Assembly (NCBI GenBank): GCA_963699755.1
Contig: CAVOVB010000008.1
Coordinates: forward strand, 64,001 to 128,000
Length of the DNA: 64,000 nt
Reading direction: 5' to 3'
Origin: an uncultured delta proteobacterium
GTDB taxonomy: Bacteria > Myxococcota_A > Polyangia > Polyangiales > Houyiibacteriaceae
Position 1 is the stretch's first letter; each line of letters starts with the position of its first letter. This document shows, piece after piece, positions 58,944-64,000 of the stretch. The notes under the pieces were generated by a model, which worked only from the letters and a program-made list of their open reading frames with translations, was not told the origin of the DNA and searched no databases. The position numbers and the translations under genes were made by a program.

Positions 58944-60173
58944 ATGGCGGAAAACGAGATCATTGCAGGGTTGGATCTGGGAACGACGAAGGTCTGCGCG
59001 ATCGTGGCCGAACAGTCGGAAGAAGGCCTAGACATCATCGGGATAGGCTCCGTTCCTTCGAAGGGCTTGAAGAAGGGCGTGGTCGTCAACATCGAGTCTA
59101 CCGTGCAGGCGATTCGAGCGGCGGTCGAACAAGCCGAGACGATGGCTGGTGTCGAAATCAACACCGTGTACGCCGGCATCGCCGGCAGCCACGTGCGCGG
59201 CATGAACCAGGACGGCGTCGCTGCCATCGCCAATCGTGAGGTCGCAGCCGAAGACGTCACGCGGGTGCTCGAGCAGGCCAAGGCCGTGCCGCTTCCCGGC
59301 GATCGCCAAGTGCTTCACGTGCTTCCGCAGGAGTACATCGTCGACGAGCAAGACGGGATCAAGGAGCCAATCGGCATGGCGGGCGTGCGACTCGAAGCGC
59401 GCGTACACATGGTCACCGCAGCATCGACTTCCGTCGCCAATGTCATCAAGTGCGCCGAGCGCTGCGGCTTGTTCGTCGAGGAAGTCGTCCTGCAACCGCT
59501 CGCCAGTGCGCACGCTGTGCTGAGCGGCGACGAGAGAGAGATCGGTGGCGTTCTCATCGATGTTGGCGGGGGTACCTCGGACATCATCATCTACGTGGAT
59601 GGCGCCGTCGTGCACACGAGCTCGATTCCCATCGGTGGGATCAACCTTACCAATGACATCGCCACGGGCCTTCGCACTCCTATGGCCGAGGCCGAGCGCA
59701 TCAAGATCAAGTATGGCTGCGCCGCATCCCGCATGGTCGACGACGACGAGACGATCGAAGTGCCGTCGGTCGGGGGTAGGCCGTCGCGCTCGCTTCCACG
59801 TCGCGTGCTCTGCGACATCATCGAGCCCCGTGTGGAAGAAATCTTCGCCGCATGTCGTCACGTCATCGCCGAGACCGGCTACATGGACATGTTGGCTTCC
59901 GGCGCGATCGTCACGGGCGGGACGACGCTCCTCGATGGATTGCCTGAGCTAGCCGAGGAAGTCCTCGGCCTACCGGTACGCCGTGGTGCCCCCACCGGGA
60001 TCGGTGGGCTGATCGATGTGGTGAAGAGCCCGTCCTACGCAACCGGCGTTGGGCTGGTGAAGCACGGTGCGGACCAACTAGCGGGAGCATCCGCGCCCGA
60101 ACGTAAAGTGGAAGTCGCTACGAGCCGTGGATTCGGTCGAAAGATCGGCGCGTGGTTCAAGGAAGTTTTTTAG
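58944..60173 (+). CDS. ftsA: Cell division protein FtsA
   Basis: GLDLGTTKV, GLKKGVVVNIE, IDVGGGTSD, AERIKIKYG, TGG, YATGVGL. Confidence 0.97.
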   Translation: MAENEIIAGLDLGTTKVCAIVAEQSEEGLDIIGIGSVPSKGLKKGVVVNIESTVQAIRAAVEQAETMAGVEINTVYAGIAGSHVRGMNQDGVAAIANREVAAEDVTRVLEQAKAVPLPGDRQVLHVLPQEYIVDEQDGIKEPIGMAGVRLEARVHMVTAASTSVANVIKCAERCGLFVEEVVLQPLASAHAVLSGDEREIGGVLIDVGGGTSDIIIYVDGAVVHTSSIPIGGINLTNDIATGLRTPMAEAERIKIKYGCAASRMVDDDETIEVPSVGGRPSRSLPRRVLCDIIEPRVEEIFAACRHVIAETGYMDMLASGAIVTGGTTLLDGLPELAEEVLGLPVRRGAPTGIGGLIDVVKSPSYATGVGLVKHGADQLAGASAPERKVEVATSRGFGRKIGAWFKEVF

Positions 60174-60182
60174 GAGGAATCG

Positions 60183-61400
60183 ATGGCTATCTCGATCGAG
60201 TTCGCGGATGACGCAGAGCTTCAAGCACGTATCAAAGTCGTAGGTGTCGGCGGTAGCGGTGGCAACGCCCTCAACACGATGATTCAAGGCGGGCTCGAAG
60301 GCGTCGAGTTCATTGCAGCAAACACGGACGCGCAGGCGTTGGATCGCAGCCTGGCTCCCGTGAAGATCCAGCTCGGCACCGAGCTCACCCGTGGCCTCGG
60401 GGCGGGTGGCAACCCCGACGTGGGTCGCAAGGCGGCGCTCGAAGACGTGCAGCGTTTGTCGGAGGTCCTCGAAGGCGCCGACATGGTTTTCATCACGGCC
60501 GGCATGGGCGGTGGCACCGGCACGGGCGCAGCTCCAATCATTTCGCAGGTTGCAAAAGATCAGGGTGCTCTGACGGTGGGTGTAGTCACTAGGCCCTTCC
60601 TCTTCGAGGGACGCAAGCGCGCGAAGAATGCCGAGCGTGGCGTCCAAGAGCTAATCGATGTGATCGACAGCATCATCACGATTCCGAACCAAAGACTGAT
60701 GTCGCTCGGCGACGACGACATCACGATGCTCGACGCCTTTGCGCGGGCCGACGACGTCTTGCTTCAGGCAGTTCAAGGCATCAGTGACCTGATCATCAAC
60801 GCTGGCATGATCAACGTCGACTTTGCCGATGTGAAGACCATCATGTCGAGCAACGGACGCGCGCTCATGGGTACGGGCATCGCCAAGGGCGACCGCCGGG
60901 CGCTCGAGGCCGCCGAGATGGCGATCAACTCACCGCTCCTCGACGAGGTGTCGGTGCAGGGCGCGACAGGCATCCTGATCAACTTCACGGCGGGCCCGGA
61001 CATCAAGCTTCGCGAGATCAACGAGGCTGCCGGGCTGGTTCAGCAGGCAGCGCACGATGATTCTGAGATCATCTTCGGCGTCGTGACCGACTCTTCTCTC
61101 TCGGACACCGTCAAGGTCACCGTCATCGCAACCGGATTCGACAAGAGCGGTCATACGCCGATCCCACTCGGCTTGCGCCACGCCGCCTCCTCCAACCACA
61201 GCTCCGCCAATGCTTCAGCCAATAGGGCGATGCGCAACCAAGCGGCTCGCCACGACGATTCGTCCTCGACGCTCGAGGGCGTACCCGCCGTGGTCACCCA
61301 GACTGTCGGCACGAGGGCCTTCGGCGCCAGTGCGCTGCACGACGAGGCGGTGCTCGACATCCCCGCGTACCTTCGCCGCGGCACCCGGAGTGCCGAATGA
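60183..61400 (+). CDS. ftsZ: Cell division protein FtsZ
   Basis: IKVVGVGGSGGNA, GMGGGTGTG, INVDFADV, VTVIATG, C-terminal LDIPAYLRR. Confidence 0.98.
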   Translation: MAISIEFADDAELQARIKVVGVGGSGGNALNTMIQGGLEGVEFIAANTDAQALDRSLAPVKIQLGTELTRGLGAGGNPDVGRKAALEDVQRLSEVLEGADMVFITAGMGGGTGTGAAPIISQVAKDQGALTVGVVTRPFLFEGRKRAKNAERGVQELIDVIDSIITIPNQRLMSLGDDDITMLDAFARADDVLLQAVQGISDLIINAGMINVDFADVKTIMSSNGRALMGTGIAKGDRRALEAAEMAINSPLLDEVSVQGATGILINFTAGPDIKLREINEAAGLVQQAAHDDSEIIFGVVTDSSLSDTVKVTVIATGFDKSGHTPIPLGLRHAASSNHSSANASANRAMRNQAARHDDSSSTLEGVPAVVTQTVGTRAFGASALHDEAVLDIPAYLRRGTRSAE

Positions 61401-61429
61401 GCTAGGAGTTATTTCATACGCTTAGCTTC

Positions 61430-61453
61430 AAGCCCGGCTTCGACCGGGCTTTT
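61430..61453 (+). terminator. Rho-independent terminator after ftsZ
   Basis: AAGCCCGG-CTTCGA-CCGGGCTT followed by TTCGTTG. Confidence 0.8.
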
Positions 61454-61641
61454 CGTTGTCCGACGCTGGGAGGGGGAATTCCCGGGGTCATGGATCGGCC
61501 ACCCAGAAGTTACAGAAAATGAGGCCAATTCACTTTGCAAAGCGAGACGATCCAGGTAGCGTGCTGACTGTGGGGCGGCGGGTTTCCGCGAATCTAAGCC
61601 CTCTAGATTAAGCGACAGACCTCTGGCATAGTGTGGATGGG

Positions 61642-62043
61642 ATGAAGCCGAGCACGAGTGTTCATGTGGGGCGCAGTGGCCCAAAGAGATGCCCTTGTTT
61701 TGGGGTGTTCTGCTTTCTATGTGCACTGATCTCCGCGCTGCTCGGGGGGAAGAGCGCATCCGCCGATGCTCCGCTTCCGGCGATTAAGCTCATGCCGATC
61801 GCGGCGCCCGCCGCAGTGCTCGGCATGAGCAACCCCTACGTCATTGCCGCGGTGGCGGAGAGGCCCGAGGTCTTGGGCTTCACGGTCTCGCAAGACATTC
61901 GCGACCTTGCGGCACAGGTGACGCAGCTCGCCCGTTACGGCGTAGATCTGAATCAGCGCAGGCTTCCGCACATCGAGAAGCTCCAGCTTCGCGTGAGGCC
62001 CCGCGGCGTCGGTGGCGTTGTCCAGATCTGCTATCGGCACTAG
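61642..62043 (+). CDS. Hypothetical protein with possible signal peptide
   Basis: Hydrophobic stretch ending ASA-DAP; fills the gap before the lipase on the same strand. Confidence 0.5.
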   Translation: MKPSTSVHVGRSGPKRCPCFGVFCFLCALISALLGGKSASADAPLPAIKLMPIAAPAAVLGMSNPYVIAAVAERPEVLGFTVSQDIRDLAAQVTQLARYGVDLNQRRLPHIEKLQLRVRPRGVGGVVQICYRH

Positions 62044-62054
62044 TCCGTCAGCGC

Positions 62055-63179
62055 GTGTCCCGTCCTCGGCATCACATCGTCCTTGTTCCTGGCCTGTTTG
62101 GTTTCGCTCGGCTGGGAGGCTTCGACTACTTCATGCACGTCGAAGAGGCGCTCGCGAGCCGCTTCTTGGAGCGCGGAGCGGACTGTGAGTTCGTCCTGGT
62201 GTCCTCGCCCCCAACAGGCTCGATCGTCCATCGCACGCAGGTCTTGATGGATGCGATTCAGCAGAGTTGCGCAGACGATGCCGGCGCTATTCATCTCGTT
62301 GGGCACTCGACGGGCGGACTCGATGTTCGACTTCTCGCTTCGCCTTCCACCTGGCCGAGCGCTCCCGACTGGTTCGAACGCGTTCGGACGATCACCAGCA
62401 TTGCGACCCCGCACTATGGCACGCCGCTCGCCTACTTCTTCACGACGATGGCGGGCACTCGGCTTCTCGAAGCCCTGTCGCTCCTGACCTACGTGACGCT
62501 CCGAGCCGGCGGGCCTCCGCTTACCATTCTGACCCCCGCGATCGCGGCCCTGGGTAGGATGGACCGGGCCCTCGGAATCGAGATCAAGCTGGTCGAACGG
62601 TCGACGGCGCTGCTTCTCCGTTTCTTGGGAGAGAACGGTCAGGCCGAAGTTCGCGACTGGTTCGATGGTATTCGCAGCGATCAGGGCGCCATCATCCAAC
62701 TCACTCCGGAGTCGATGGACATCTTCAACGCCGGGGTCGAGGACAACCCGAATCTTCGATACGGCTGCGTCGTGACGCGAACCCCCGCGCCTGGGCCCCT
62801 GCGCGTCGCCAAGAACCTCCGTTCTCCTCTCAACGCGCTCTCCGCCGCCGTCTTTTCACCGCTCTACCTCGGCGCAGGCCGCACTTCGAAAGTTTACCCG
62901 CCGCCCAATCCCGAGCCGGAGGTGCGCGAATACCTCGAGCGGGAGCTAGGTCAGCCGCTCGAGAGCTCCTTCAACGACGGCCTCGTGCCGACGGCTAGCA
63001 TGGTCTGGGGCGAAATCCTTTGGGCCGGTACAGCCGATCACCTCGACGTCCTCGGCCACTTTCACGGCGACCGCGAATCGTCACACACCGACTGGCTGGT
63101 GAGCGGCGCCGGCTTTCGCGACGAGGACTTCGACGAGGTCATGGACGCCGTCGCCGAGTTCCAACTGGGAACGCGCTAG
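62055..63179 (+). CDS. Alpha/beta-hydrolase, triacylglycerol lipase-like
   Basis: LVPGLFGF oxyanion region, GHSTGG nucleophile elbow, IATPHYGTPL, NDGLV, DHLD (Ser-Asp-His triad). Confidence 0.88.
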   Translation: MSRPRHHIVLVPGLFGFARLGGFDYFMHVEEALASRFLERGADCEFVLVSSPPTGSIVHRTQVLMDAIQQSCADDAGAIHLVGHSTGGLDVRLLASPSTWPSAPDWFERVRTITSIATPHYGTPLAYFFTTMAGTRLLEALSLLTYVTLRAGGPPLTILTPAIAALGRMDRALGIEIKLVERSTALLLRFLGENGQAEVRDWFDGIRSDQGAIIQLTPESMDIFNAGVEDNPNLRYGCVVTRTPAPGPLRVAKNLRSPLNALSAAVFSPLYLGAGRTSKVYPPPNPEPEVREYLERELGQPLESSFNDGLVPTASMVWGEILWAGTADHLDVLGHFHGDRESSHTDWLVSGAGFRDEDFDEVMDAVAEFQLGTR

Positions 63180-63292
63180 GCCTATGAGGAATTGTGCACG
63201 GACTTGGGAACCCCGGGGCCCCGGACGCGAGGGGCGAGGGGCGAGGGGAACGACCACGAGCGCGGGCCGGACCTCAAGCACTGCTTCTTCGG

Positions 63293-64000
63293 CTATTCGG
63301 CGGCGGCGGTCACGGCTTCGAGGAGGCTCCTGGGATAGACGCGGCCTGTCAGGCGTTCGCGGACTTCTCGGCTGACCTCGTTCCACTCGGCTTCGTGCTC
63401 TTTCGTGTCGACGGCGAGCATCCCGCGCTTGAGCATCGTTTCGTAGGCGTTGGCATCGTCTTCTCGAATCGACTTCTTCAATGCAGCTTCGACCTGACGG
63501 CCCGTGTCGAGCAGCACCTTTCGGTGCTCCTCGGAGAGGGCGTCGAGCTTTTCCTGCCGAATGACGGTCGCGCCCACGATGATTCCGCTGTTGCGCGCCG
63601 AAACGTACTTGAGACGGGTGTGCCATTGCATCGCCATGGCAGCGAGCGCCGAGGCCGGGACGGTGTCGATCATCCGCGTCTGCAATCCGGGATAGACCTC
63701 AGGCATGCCGAGCCGCACCGGATTTGCACCCACGACCTTCAAAAACTCGGTGAAGATCACGTCGTCCTTCCACGCCCAGGGACGAAGCTTTTTGATGTCC
63801 GACGGTCGTTCGATGCGCTCGGTCGAAAACAGGCGCGTCTTGCCGACGTCGCCCCAGGCGAGGATCTTGTAGCCCTCTTGTTCGAACATTGCCTCGAAGC
63901 GATCGCTCAGCGCAATGCGCACCTTGTCCAGCGCGGCATACTCGGTGAAGATGCCAGGCACGGTGAGCACGAGGACAGGCCTGACCAATTGGCTAAGCCC
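63293..64000 (-). CDS. dctP: TRAP transporter substrate-binding protein DctP (5' part outside the window)
   Basis: Frame open to the window edge; GYKILAWG, PSDIKKLR, GANPVRLGMPEVYPGLQTRMID. Confidence 0.8.
   Translation of the reverse strand, partial: GLSQLVRPVLVLTVPGIFTEYAALDKVRIALSDRFEAMFEQEGYKILAWGDVGKTRLFSTERIERPSDIKKLRPWAWKDDVIFTEFLKVVGANPVRLGMPEVYPGLQTRMIDTVPASALAAMAMQWHTRLKYVSARNSGIIVGATVIRQEKLDALSEEHRKVLLDTGRQVEAALKKSIREDDANAYETMLKRGMLAVDTKEHEAEWNEVSREVRERLTGRVYPRSLLEAVTAAAE

Noticed and set aside
61624..61640. sigma54 promoter (TGGCA...)
   Set aside because: The -24 element is present but there is no TGC at the -12 position
1..64000. CRISPR arrays, tRNA/rRNA genes, IS elements, prophage
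   Set aside because: None recognised; intergenic gaps are short and contain no repeat-spacer arrays or cloverleaf signatures. Small ncRNAs cannot be excluded without an Rfam scan.

Overview
GC-rich bacterial chromosomal window, about 58 CDS, almost entirely coding. I saw no rRNA, tRNA, CRISPR array, IS or phage genes. Gene content (MglA/SofG-type GTPase, deltaproteobacterial-style dcw cluster, myxobacterial-type lipase) suggests a Myxococcota/Polyangia-like organism; this is inference only. Left to right: ethylmalonyl-CoA pathway operon (ecm-meaB-ccr-mcd) divergent from a ScfR/RamB-family regulator; yajQ, pheA; pspA followed by a degenerate cyclase/STAND-like protein; epimerase and TPR protein; glpK, UPF0158, smc; GH50-like lipoprotein; APC permease; purQL; a catalytically altered signal peptidase I homolog; thiS-thiG-thiE-like; two orphan DNA methyltransferases; glutaminyl cyclase; alr-mlaEF; MBOAT plus SGNH-like pair; aminotransferase; FolB-cupin fusion and SDR; pyrR-pyrB-namZ; a membrane protein/MglA-like GTPase/PocR kinase/thiL operon; the dcw cluster (mraZ to ftsZ, lacking murB and ddl); a lipase; a partial TRAP DctP. 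The most notable candidates are the GTPase-PocR kinase operon with no MglB or response regulator, the PspA plus doubly degenerate cyclase-ATPase, the ScfR-controlled ethylmalonyl-CoA operon, the FolB-cupin fusion, the pseudo-signal peptidase, an NrdR-like box before smc, and recurrent leaderless-type gene starts. All calls come from reading motifs by eye; no database searches were run.
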